The notes under the pieces were generated by a model, which had not been told where the DNA came from, made no database searches, and was given only the letters and a program-made list of their open reading frames with translations. From contig CAZZJO010000010.1 in NCBI GenBank assembly GCA_964654645.1, forward strand, positions 65,051 through 129,050: DNA of 64,000 nucleotides, in the 5' to 3' direction. This stretch comes from an uncultured Verrucomicrobiota bacterium. Lineage in GTDB: Bacteria; Verrucomicrobiota; Verrucomicrobiia; Limisphaerales; CAZZJO01. Of the stretch, positions 1 to 8,550 are shown piece after piece (position 1 is the first letter of the stretch; each line of letters opens with the position of its first letter). The position numbers and the translations under genes are program-made.

Positions 1-287
1 CAGACGTCCAAGGGGTCATGAACCTGTCAGTGCAAGACATCCACGGCGAGATTCTCGTGGTCAGTCAGTTCACCTTGCTCGCCAGCACTAAAAAAGGTAA
101 CCGACCTTCGTACTCCCGCGCCGCTCCACCCGAACTCGCCAAACATATCTACGACACGTTCGTGACCACACTCGCAACACATTTGGGTAAACCAGTCCAA
201 ACGGGTATATTCGGCGCCAATATGAAAGTTCACCTTATAAACGACGGTCCAGTAACCATTATCATCGACACAAAACTGAGAGAGTAA
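1..287 (+). CDS. dtd: D-aminoacyl-tRNA deacylase, C-terminal ~94 codons (5' end outside window)
   Basis: The frame of ORF 18..287 stays open to the window edge. '[19 protein letters not shown]' and '[22 protein letters not shown]' are the conserved SQFTL and GxFGAxMxVxLxNDGPVT blocks of Dtd. TAA at 285-287. Confidence 0.85.
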   Translation, partial: DVQGVMNLSVQDIHGEILVVSQFTLLASTKKGNRPSYSRAAPPELAKHIYDTFVTTLATHLGKPVQTGIFGANMKVHLINDGPVTIIIDTKLRE

Positions 288-1509
288 CCTTCGCCAAACG
301 CATACCTTCACATTCCCAAATCTGCAAACCCGAACCTACAAACAACCCGGATCACAAAGCAGCCGCGGATTATCAAGGCAAACAACCACCCATAAACGCC
401 AAATACCCCGCACAGCTTCCATATAGGCGTAAAAGCCTGTTCTCAGCCCACAGCCGACTCAAAAGTTGTCTGCCAGAAATGACCCACTCTCAAAACGCCT
501 ATCCCAACTTAGTAAACCCTTATTCGCATTGAGACCTAAAAATTACGCGACACTATTTTTCACCACCTGAACTCTAGCAACACGTTTGTGTTCTTCTAAC
601 ATTAATGCACAACTGAAAAAATTAGCTCCATCCCGTGTAACAAGTGCTTCTATACACACGCCCAACTCTAACGATGAATCGATACACAATGCGCTCTATT
701 TCTCCTAGATGCGGGCAAGCAACTAAATACTCTGGACGTATTACCACCAATGTCACTCAATACCCCCCCCGGCTGCAAAGCACTTTGTACCACCCCAAAA
801 ACCAAATATGCATTCTTTACAAAGCTGCTACATACCTGATTTGCATCCTTGCAACTAAGCAAAAAAACCCAGATACCTACCCATGCCTTCACTAGTAACA
901 TTTGCCCATTCCCTTATCTATGCAAAGCAATATCCTCTGCCCCAAAAACATCCAAACGCTGATCTCAAGGCATACCACAACTACCAAAATTGCATCGTAC
1001 CAAAACCAGCCGACGTTTCTGCTTTGCAAAATCCACTCCACATTCACCTCAACCAAAATAATAAGCCTGTTTCAGGGTTACGTATTCAAACCCTCAAGTC
1101 CATTAGACTACTACTCCAGCCAACGTTTAACCTGATTAAGGCTCCACATTCATAAACCCTCCAAGAAAGCCCACCTACTCCGCACTGCGGACAAATTCCC
1201 CTACTCTTTACCCCCTTGCTAAATTCACTAGTTTGAAGGCTCCAACTTAACTATCCCGTAGTCCACGCCGTTATCACTTGCTATAAACCCTCTCAGATTG
1301 AAATCGCGAAACCGTGGTTGTTCACCAATTTCCTCAACGGCCCGCTCAAATGCCCACCCTCTTTGCTCCCCAACTAATAGCATTTGTCATCCTTTCTATT
1401 ACAAGACCAACCCCTTTAATGCCATGACTGGACAGCCAAACAAAACCAGTTTCCCATAATTTAATGGACCCGCAAAACAACACCGCATTCCTCGAATCTC
1501 ACTTCATAA

Positions 1510-4500
1510 TCACTCGCGTAATCCCAAGTAAATAAAATAGAAGTAAGTGGATACTTCAGGGGTAAGCACTAATAAGTCGAACGTGTCCTGTAAATATGGC
1601 ACACCAATTGGGCCAATAAATGCCACATCTCTAAATGGCGCGTCAAGCTGAGGCGCGCCTTTAACACCGAAGACAAAACGGTGTATATATGACTCAGGCC
1701 AATTAAACCGGAGCCTTAAATATTCATTGTCTTGAATCAACTCCACATAAGGAAAATCAAACCGAGCTTTAGGTGTAAAAGGCACACCAAACGGGTCACG
1801 CGGGTCAGACCCATCCAACATCTCCTGCAAATTCTGATAACCATCACCATCCCAATCGTCGAATGGATCCACACTCGAACCGAAAAAGAGCTTTTCCCAT
1901 GTATCAACTAGCAAGTTACCGTCGCTGTCCGAATCACTTGCCAATGGAATGCTTGCGAGACTGACAGATATTACCTCCAGAGCAAGACTGTCCGGTGGAG
2001 TTGGCAAATCTGCATACCCACATACTAACAGCAAGCTCCCAGGTAACACCCCGAATGAATCCGGTAAATCGTACGGTGAGCCATCGTTTTTGTACAACAG
2101 TACACTGGTTGTCCCACCATAGATTTGGAAGCTGTCTGCGGGCCTCCCATGTGCCGAAGCTATAGCAACAACCAAGACATTAGTAACGGGCCGTGCTGGC
2201 ACCGCAGCCAAAATTGCATTTGCACCTGCACACGCACTTGCAAAAACGTTTGTTAGGGTTGACCTGCTAAGGTAATTCGAATCGTAAGTACAGTGCCTCA
2301 GAAAGTACCGTAACTCGTCCAAAGGCGGAATGAACGTAGCTGGGTTTTCATTATTGTACGAACTGCAAATATCATAGATCTCCACAGCTACAGCACGTAA
2401 CCAAGCAATGTTAACGTTAGTTGAATTTTCAACCAAATCGTTTACGGTGCGGTAAATCGTTTCCATGCGCCAACCAGGTAAACCGTTTGTGGTTTCTTTC
2501 TCCAGCCAAAGCAGCAGATTGCGGGTAAGATTACTTCTGCCTTTATCAGAAGCACGGAACGGGAAAAGCGTAATGTTCGTCCCCCAAGTTAACCCCCGTG
2601 CAACTAGAATCTCACTTAGTTTTTGTTCCACCAACACAGCAGTTAATGTGTCATTAATAGTTAAGTCACCCTTACTGATCTCACGTGGCATTCCTATCCA
2701 TAAGTTTGAGGCAGCCGCAATCCACGCATTGGCCTCGGTTATCAAGTTACCTCCACTATAAGTGTAAGGTACTTGCGCGGCAGGAAATCGAGGCACAAGA
2801 AGCAAACCGACCAATTCACGCCCTAGCCGCTTATCAGTATTTGTAGTTACAATGTCAAAGTGCAAATCGGTCGCCTCAACCAACATCCGGTCTTCCGGAT
2901 CAACAACAATGTTGGTTAACAGACACGCTGGGTTGGTGACACCTGATATGCCAAGGTATGTTACCACCCCCGCAGACAACAAACTGCCCCGCACAGCGTA
3001 CACGCGCATTCCCGTGCCTGTAGCTGCGTAAGTGTCAAGGTTCGCCAAGCCGTCGTAAGGTCTGGGTGTAACAGCACGGTCAAATGTAGCCTTGAACTCG
3101 AGTCGAGCCGCATTGGTCGGTGCGCTGTCCGGCACAAGCGGGTTTGTGTTGCGAATTAATTCTTCTAGATCAGAGTACCCGTCCCCATCGGAATCCGGTC
3201 CACCATTTGGATTGAGTCCCTTGCCAATCTCAACAAAATCGGGCACCCCATCATCATCCGAATCAAGCATAGAAGGTGGATCTGCAAAGGTGTATGTAAC
3301 CGTCTGAATAGGAGATTTGGCAAAGGTAGTTGCTGCCTTGGCATAGAATTGTACGGTAACATTAGTAAACAGTCTCACTGGTACCGAATATAACTGCCAT
3401 CCTCCTGAGCCCAACCTATAATAAGCGAAGTGCGTTGGGTCAGCCGTTGTAAGCGTCATTTCAATCGCATTCTTATAATGTCCAGGAGTTGGAGCTATTT
3501 TAACTTCAGATATCCCGTCACCAACTGGCGCATCCAGACTAAAGACCGATACAAAATTCGTGTATTGATTGACCAAACCAAAATTTGCCATGGGCGGTTT
3601 CAACCCCAGGGCAGCTACAGTTGGATTCCTCAATCCATCAGTCGTTCCCCCGTACCGCTCAGCTATCACCGTAATAACCGGAGGAGATCCAGTGGAGTGA
3701 AATTGCGAGGTCCAATCACCAGCATTAAACACATACACCAAATGCGGGTTGTTTGTAACGAACGGTTCGTATTGAAAAAGCAATACGTTACCCAACGCAG
3801 AAAACTTGCCAATGTATGGCAAGGCACCGGCCTCCCCCGCTGTGTAAGTTGTACCATTGTATATCCACGTCTGGAATCGCCTCGATACCCCTGTCCCAAT
3901 AATGCCCGAGAAAAGTTGGAAATGGCCACTCCCAAGTACACCAACGCCAGTAAACGCTAGGCCGGAATCAGCTGAAAATTGTTGGACACACACTAACCGA
4001 GAGACACCGTCGAAGTCAAAAATCTCGGCTGTACAACCCCCAGCATAAATAATAAGCAAGCGTGCCCCACCTACGTCCGGAACAACGTAAACACTCTGAA
4101 CATCCTGCTCCAAAGTGTAGGCTACCGGAGGGCCTAAGCTGAGATTTCCTGATTCATCTTCAAGCACCTGCCGGACTACCAGTTCCTTTGTTCCCGCTTT
4201 GTATGATATAAACTGGCTAAGCACATTGGTGGGATTAAACCTCTCAATTAAGTACTCACTCCCCGCAGGTAACTCCTGGGCAAGCGTTTGCACAATGGTG
4301 CCTGACTCAAGCTGAAAAGCGCGAAACGTGTTTGTTACACCGCGACAAATGATTCCCAAACGATCCGTGGTACCAGCTTTAAGGCTCACGCGGTTCGCCC
4401 GTTCGCTCCGGGACGGAGCAACATAGGTTAAATGTGTATTAAATCCAATCCCATTGGTATTGCGTACAAGCGTCCAGCGAAAGGTGGGACTGTTGTTCCA

Positions 4501-5121
4501 AATACTACCAACGAAAAGGTCATCAAGGGCTGTGTTGCCCATTCCCCCGATATCAATCACCCCAACCATGTTCGGCCCTATTGCGTTAATATGCACAGCA
4601 ACAGGTAAAATAACCGCATCCGGTTCAGGCACATCAATAAGATTAAGGCGGTTAGCCGGGGGTGCAGCACAAACGAATGCATCACGGTTTGTAGTGGTGA
4701 GTCTACCCACACCTAAAGCCGAAACGTTTTGAATACCCGTGGAACGCGTGGCCGCCCAACTCACACTCCCAGGAGCAAGCTGATAACCTATGCGAAACCC
4801 ACCCGTTGCCTTGTCCACTATCAAAATATCGGTGCGTCCATCTCCGTCGAAATCTCCACTCGCATGAAACTCAGCCGCTGTCTCATAAACAAACGCATGG
4901 GAACAAAGATCACTCATGACAAAACACAGTCCTAATAAAGGCAAATACCCATTTAATAAAAAACCAAACCGCTTTCTAATAATTGAAAAGCTAGCCCAAA
5001 GCACTATCATACAGGCTAGCCATTCCAGGCCTCCCAACATTTGCACTCGCGTTAAGTTCAAGATTCTGAGCCCTGCACATGACTCGACGCGCAATATTTT
5101 GGTTCTGGCTACCACATTCAT
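1510..5121 (-). CDS. Giant exported protein 3 of the operon (1203 aa): hydrophobic N-terminal anchor/signal, FG-GAP/VCBS-like loop, bacterial TSP3-type acidic repeats, C-terminal beta module; function unknown
   Basis: Uninterrupted 3.6-kb ORF. ATG at 5119-5121 overlaps the upstream stop (ATGA). Motifs: 'ASGDFDGDGRTDILIVDKATGGF' (FG-GAP-like), 'DSDDDGVPDFVEIGKGLNPNGGPDSDGDGYSDLEELI' and 'DSDSDGNLLVDTWEKLFFGSSVDPFDDWDGDGYQNLQEMLDGSDPRDP' (DxDxDG TSP3-like). Confidence 0.8.
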   Translation of the reverse strand: MNVVARTKILRVESCAGLRILNLTRVQMLGGLEWLACMIVLWASFSIIRKRFGFLLNGYLPLLGLCFVMSDLCSHAFVYETAAEFHASGDFDGDGRTDILIVDKATGGFRIGYQLAPGSVSWAATRSTGIQNVSALGVGRLTTTNRDAFVCAAPPANRLNLIDVPEPDAVILPVAVHINAIGPNMVGVIDIGGMGNTALDDLFVGSIWNNSPTFRWTLVRNTNGIGFNTHLTYVAPSRSERANRVSLKAGTTDRLGIICRGVTNTFRAFQLESGTIVQTLAQELPAGSEYLIERFNPTNVLSQFISYKAGTKELVVRQVLEDESGNLSLGPPVAYTLEQDVQSVYVVPDVGGARLLIIYAGGCTAEIFDFDGVSRLVCVQQFSADSGLAFTGVGVLGSGHFQLFSGIIGTGVSRRFQTWIYNGTTYTAGEAGALPYIGKFSALGNVLLFQYEPFVTNNPHLVYVFNAGDWTSQFHSTGSPPVITVIAERYGGTTDGLRNPTVAALGLKPPMANFGLVNQYTNFVSVFSLDAPVGDGISEVKIAPTPGHYKNAIEMTLTTADPTHFAYYRLGSGGWQLYSVPVRLFTNVTVQFYAKAATTFAKSPIQTVTYTFADPPSMLDSDDDGVPDFVEIGKGLNPNGGPDSDGDGYSDLEELIRNTNPLVPDSAPTNAARLEFKATFDRAVTPRPYDGLANLDTYAATGTGMRVYAVRGSLLSAGVVTYLGISGVTNPACLLTNIVVDPEDRMLVEATDLHFDIVTTNTDKRLGRELVGLLLVPRFPAAQVPYTYSGGNLITEANAWIAAASNLWIGMPREISKGDLTINDTLTAVLVEQKLSEILVARGLTWGTNITLFPFRASDKGRSNLTRNLLLWLEKETTNGLPGWRMETIYRTVNDLVENSTNVNIAWLRAVAVEIYDICSSYNNENPATFIPPLDELRYFLRHCTYDSNYLSRSTLTNVFASACAGANAILAAVPARPVTNVLVVAIASAHGRPADSFQIYGGTTSVLLYKNDGSPYDLPDSFGVLPGSLLLVCGYADLPTPPDSLALEVISVSLASIPLASDSDSDGNLLVDTWEKLFFGSSVDPFDDWDGDGYQNLQEMLDGSDPRDPFGVPFTPKARFDFPYVELIQDNEYLRLRFNWPESYIHRFVFGVKGAPQLDAPFRDVAFIGPIGVPYLQDTFDLLVLTPEVSTYFYFIYLGLRE

Positions 5122-8100
5122 GGCACATCCATCGCCTCCGTTGGGATAACCTCGGCTATCTCACCGTTCTTTTTGAACCGCACCAATAAGTATTTGTATC
5201 GTGCGCCAGAAATTACTGGTTGGGTATCCCGGACAAACATTAAGAAAATATGCATATTGTCGTTCATCATGAGTCGGTCATAAACAACGTATGAGTCGCG
5301 CAACAAACTGTTTGTGTAACAAATTCGCCCCTGCGCGTATACAACACAATAGTTTGTCAGTTCATAAGCAATGTTCTCTAGCAAAGGCGAGACTTGCACA
5401 ATGTCCCCAGAAACATTCGGAAACATGCTATTGCTCAATTGATACCGGTATAGCACCATGGGAAACAGTTTCTCACCCGAACGGTTCGTAAACAGCAGAC
5501 TCATTGGGTCCGTCGGACCAGCAATCCATTGAGGTTGCTCACGTACACCCGAGGCGTCATTCGACGTAAGCAGCACTGCCCCAACTAAAACAACCGCCCC
5601 AGTAAGAGGCGCTTCGAAACCAATATGATAACGCCCCATCACCCCCAAAGGTACATTTGGATCACTCGACTTAAACTCGCCATTCGTGTTAAGCGGTGGC
5701 AAACCGCGCGCAGGCCACGGTATCGTGCAAACGATGTAATTGGTATTCGCCGGGTTCCACACAAACTCCTCGATATTGCTCGGCTCGCTCAATGTACCGT
5801 CCTTGGCCACGGCTCTCACAAACACCGTGTATTTCTCGCCCAGCTCAATATTGCAGGGCACACTAAACTGCGGTCCAGGGCCAAACCCAGGCCCGATCCG
5901 CGGGGTGATAAAAACATAGAAATCGTACGTGTTCGTCTCGCCGTTAAGCACCAATGTTTGCCGAACCGGGTTTGGCTGTAAGTCATTGGTCTGGCGCAAA
6001 ACAAGGAAACCAGGCGCAAGATTCGAGCTTACCGTGTTGGGCTTGCCGGCGACCCACACCTCAAATCGTTCCAATCCGGGCGGCGGACAGAACCAGGTCA
6101 TGTTCATGCCCGGGTTATTTGTCACACCCGTGGCAAGCAGCGGCGAGAGCAACGGCACAGGCGGTGGCGTTGCCGGTGCAGTGCTTACGCAGCCGAGCTT
6201 GACAAGCGGGCTTGGGTTACCGTGCTCGTCAAGCACTTGCAGATAATAGCATATTGTTGCGCCACCGGGCGGCATACCGTCGTCCTGGCATGAAAAACTC
6301 GGCGCACCGCCAATGTCGCCCTGGCACAGCAACATCAGCGGCCCGTCGTCAACCCGCCGGTACAAACGCCATTCGCGGCTTGTGGGTGTGGGGTAGCCGA
6401 TAATGACAATGTTTGTCCTGGTGCCGTCCGGTGTTACAGGCACGTGTCGTTCACACCCCTGATTCAGGGCTGTGAGCATCCCTACAAGTCGAGCCTCAAA
6501 ATTAACAAGCACATCCTTCTCGGGTAACCACGATTCCTCGATTCGCACCCAAAACGGTTGCGTGAGCTGGCCAACCTGCCCGTCAAACGTGCCCGCCTTG
6601 GGCCATACGTACAGGAAGTTGCCAAACCTGCCCCGCGAATCCGTGGCAAACACAAATTCACGACTCCACTCGCCCGGGCTGTAGAAGAGCCGACCTGAAT
6701 CGTACATGGCGACGAACTTATTGTTCTGCGGATCGTAAATGCCGGCAATAAACTGCACCCATGCAAACTGCTGACTGCTCCGGGTGCAGTTGAGCCGGAA
6801 TGTGAACGTCCAGGGCGCGCTCGCATTCGTCAATGCAAAACTCCTGTAACGAACCTGCGGCTGCACGCAGTGAATCTGGACACTGCCCGTAGGCGCATCA
6901 GGCCCAACCCGATCCCGCAACACTCCAAACGCAGGCGCGCTGTTGCCCGACAAATTCGGTCCGCACGCGCCAAGGTCCTGCGCGCGCACTGTGTACCAGA
7001 ATGTTCGGCCCAAATCCTGCGTGACAGTAGGGCACCCTGGACCATTATCTACATAACTACCTGTAACGCACCCATTGGTATGTTGAACGATAGCAATAAG
7101 ATTATTAGACGGATTATGCGCCCTGGAATGCATCTCGTTTACATTTGTCCAACGGTAAACCCAGTAATGACTAACGGGATCAACTACGTTAGTGTTCTGA
7201 TTCCAGACAACTCGTAAATATTGTCGTGGGGTACCACCTACAAACGAGTAATCATTCTCGACACGCACACCGCTGGGAGGCGCGGGGGGAAAACGGTCGC
7301 ACACAGTCACCAAAGTACCCGGAGATACAAGCCCGTCCCTACCAAGAATGTCACGCGCGGTCACAAAATAATAAAACTGCGCCCCATTTGTGAACCCAAG
7401 GTTCACATACCCAGGCCGGAATCGCCCATCATCATCTGAATAATAAAACGTTTCAGGATCACCAATAGGAGGTGGACTAAAATTGGCAACATCGTTCGTG
7501 CCGAATTCTTTTTCTGTAAGTACGGGTAGATTGTTGCAACGCTTAACATGCTGCGGTACAGATACCGCACGTGCCACCAACACCTCTGGCGACGGCGGTG
7601 TCAGATCCCAGCGGTTCGTTGGCGCCTCTGCGTAAATTTTGGTAACACGCCAAACATTAAAACCGTATTGTAGTATGCCGAGCCTCCGTAATGAATCCGG
7701 AGTAGCCCAGCGTAATTTTACATTAATGTCGCCCTTCGGAGTCGGGTCCGGCACTTCAACAGGTGCACCAGGCGCAGGCAGCAATACCGGCGGCCCAGGC
7801 TCGAGTGTTATACGACCAATTACCCCTTGGTCAGTCTCTGTAGCTGGATCAAACAGACGTACCTCGTACGTCGTTTGCCCAGCCAATACATCCGCATACG
7901 CTATGCCCAATGCCAAAGCCACCCCAGGATGCATCCGCGTCATCAATAAGAGATTTTGGAAATACTCCTCCTGAATAACCGAGCCTCGTATTGCTGCCGA
8001 AACTTTTTCGGCCCGCGATATGCTCGACGATGGCATGAGCACTTCAAACAGAGTCTGCAAATCCTGTTCAAGCTTGGCTAAATCTTCCCCTAAATTCTCC

Positions 8101-8420
8101 GCCCGCCTGAGCAATGGCTCTATATTTAGTGGGTCAGTCTGTTGGAAAATAACTGCCACACGAACATACGAGGCATGAGACGATGGATCACCAGCCTTGG
8201 CATAAATGGCAAAACACCGACCCAACAAAATCTCAGGTGGGCTACTCTGCCAAAACAAGTACGCCCAATACCGTCCAACCTTGTCCTGATAAACAGTACC
8301 AGCTGTCAAAATAATATTCTCAAGACTTTCCTGGGCATTAATGCGGTTGATCACTATCAACCCAAGCAATACGAAAATCCGGACCACCGATAAAACTGAA
8401 AATAACTTCATCAAACGCAT
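5118..8420 (-). CDS. Giant exported protein 2 of the operon (~1100 aa): signal peptide, helical N-terminal region, several FN3/Ig-like beta modules; function unknown
   Basis: The ORF track gives 5118..8642, but the first 74 codons overlap the 3' end of the upstream gene. An internal ATG at 8420 gives a classical signal peptide 'MRLMKLFSVLSVVRIFVLLGLIVINRINA/QE'. FN3-like strand patterns include 'YYFVTARDILGRDGLVSPG', 'FWYTVRAQDLGACGPNLSGNS' and 'YTVFVRAVAKDGTLSEPS'. Confidence 0.75.
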   Translation of the reverse strand: MRLMKLFSVLSVVRIFVLLGLIVINRINAQESLENIILTAGTVYQDKVGRYWAYLFWQSSPPEILLGRCFAIYAKAGDPSSHASYVRVAVIFQQTDPLNIEPLLRRAENLGEDLAKLEQDLQTLFEVLMPSSSISRAEKVSAAIRGSVIQEEYFQNLLLMTRMHPGVALALGIAYADVLAGQTTYEVRLFDPATETDQGVIGRITLEPGPPVLLPAPGAPVEVPDPTPKGDINVKLRWATPDSLRRLGILQYGFNVWRVTKIYAEAPTNRWDLTPPSPEVLVARAVSVPQHVKRCNNLPVLTEKEFGTNDVANFSPPPIGDPETFYYSDDDGRFRPGYVNLGFTNGAQFYYFVTARDILGRDGLVSPGTLVTVCDRFPPAPPSGVRVENDYSFVGGTPRQYLRVVWNQNTNVVDPVSHYWVYRWTNVNEMHSRAHNPSNNLIAIVQHTNGCVTGSYVDNGPGCPTVTQDLGRTFWYTVRAQDLGACGPNLSGNSAPAFGVLRDRVGPDAPTGSVQIHCVQPQVRYRSFALTNASAPWTFTFRLNCTRSSQQFAWVQFIAGIYDPQNNKFVAMYDSGRLFYSPGEWSREFVFATDSRGRFGNFLYVWPKAGTFDGQVGQLTQPFWVRIEESWLPEKDVLVNFEARLVGMLTALNQGCERHVPVTPDGTRTNIVIIGYPTPTSREWRLYRRVDDGPLMLLCQGDIGGAPSFSCQDDGMPPGGATICYYLQVLDEHGNPSPLVKLGCVSTAPATPPPVPLLSPLLATGVTNNPGMNMTWFCPPPGLERFEVWVAGKPNTVSSNLAPGFLVLRQTNDLQPNPVRQTLVLNGETNTYDFYVFITPRIGPGFGPGPQFSVPCNIELGEKYTVFVRAVAKDGTLSEPSNIEEFVWNPANTNYIVCTIPWPARGLPPLNTNGEFKSSDPNVPLGVMGRYHIGFEAPLTGAVVLVGAVLLTSNDASGVREQPQWIAGPTDPMSLLFTNRSGEKLFPMVLYRYQLSNSMFPNVSGDIVQVSPLLENIAYELTNYCVVYAQGRICYTNSLLRDSYVVYDRLMMNDNMHIFLMFVRDTQPVISGARYKYLLVRFKKNGEIAEVIPTEAMDVP

Positions 8421-8550
8421 GCTCCAAAACAAACCTGAATTGCATAACAACCCGTAAAACACCCCAGTGGATCCACTAGGATGCAATTTGCAAGTACCCG
8501 TAGTACCAAAAAACTGCCAATTACCATTTCGTGTCCTCGCCTTCATGTAA

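Noticed and set aside
763-770. C8 homopolymer as a potential phase-variation tract
   Set aside because: It lies in noncoding DNA, with no adjacent gene or promoter that it could switch.
644-1155. Four overlapping 77-90-aa ORFs in the 1.2-kb spacer
   Set aside because: They are mutually overlapping on both strands. Their products are low-complexity (P/Q/H/N/T/K-rich), as expected from A+C-rich DNA. No RBS or known motif is present.
288-1509. Extreme C-rich/G-poor composition as a unique signature of this tract or of an island boundary
   Set aside because: Hand counts in unrelated spacers (18781-18960, 23881-23940) show a comparable C>G bias. The skew is therefore a window-wide property of noncoding DNA. 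Only the length of the tract remains unusual.
8466-8477. Perfect 12-bp palindrome AGTGGATCCACT in the spacer between giant genes 1 and 2
   Set aside because: About 15 perfect 12-bp palindromes are expected by chance in 64 kb (64000/4^6). It cannot form a stable hairpin, and there is no second copy.
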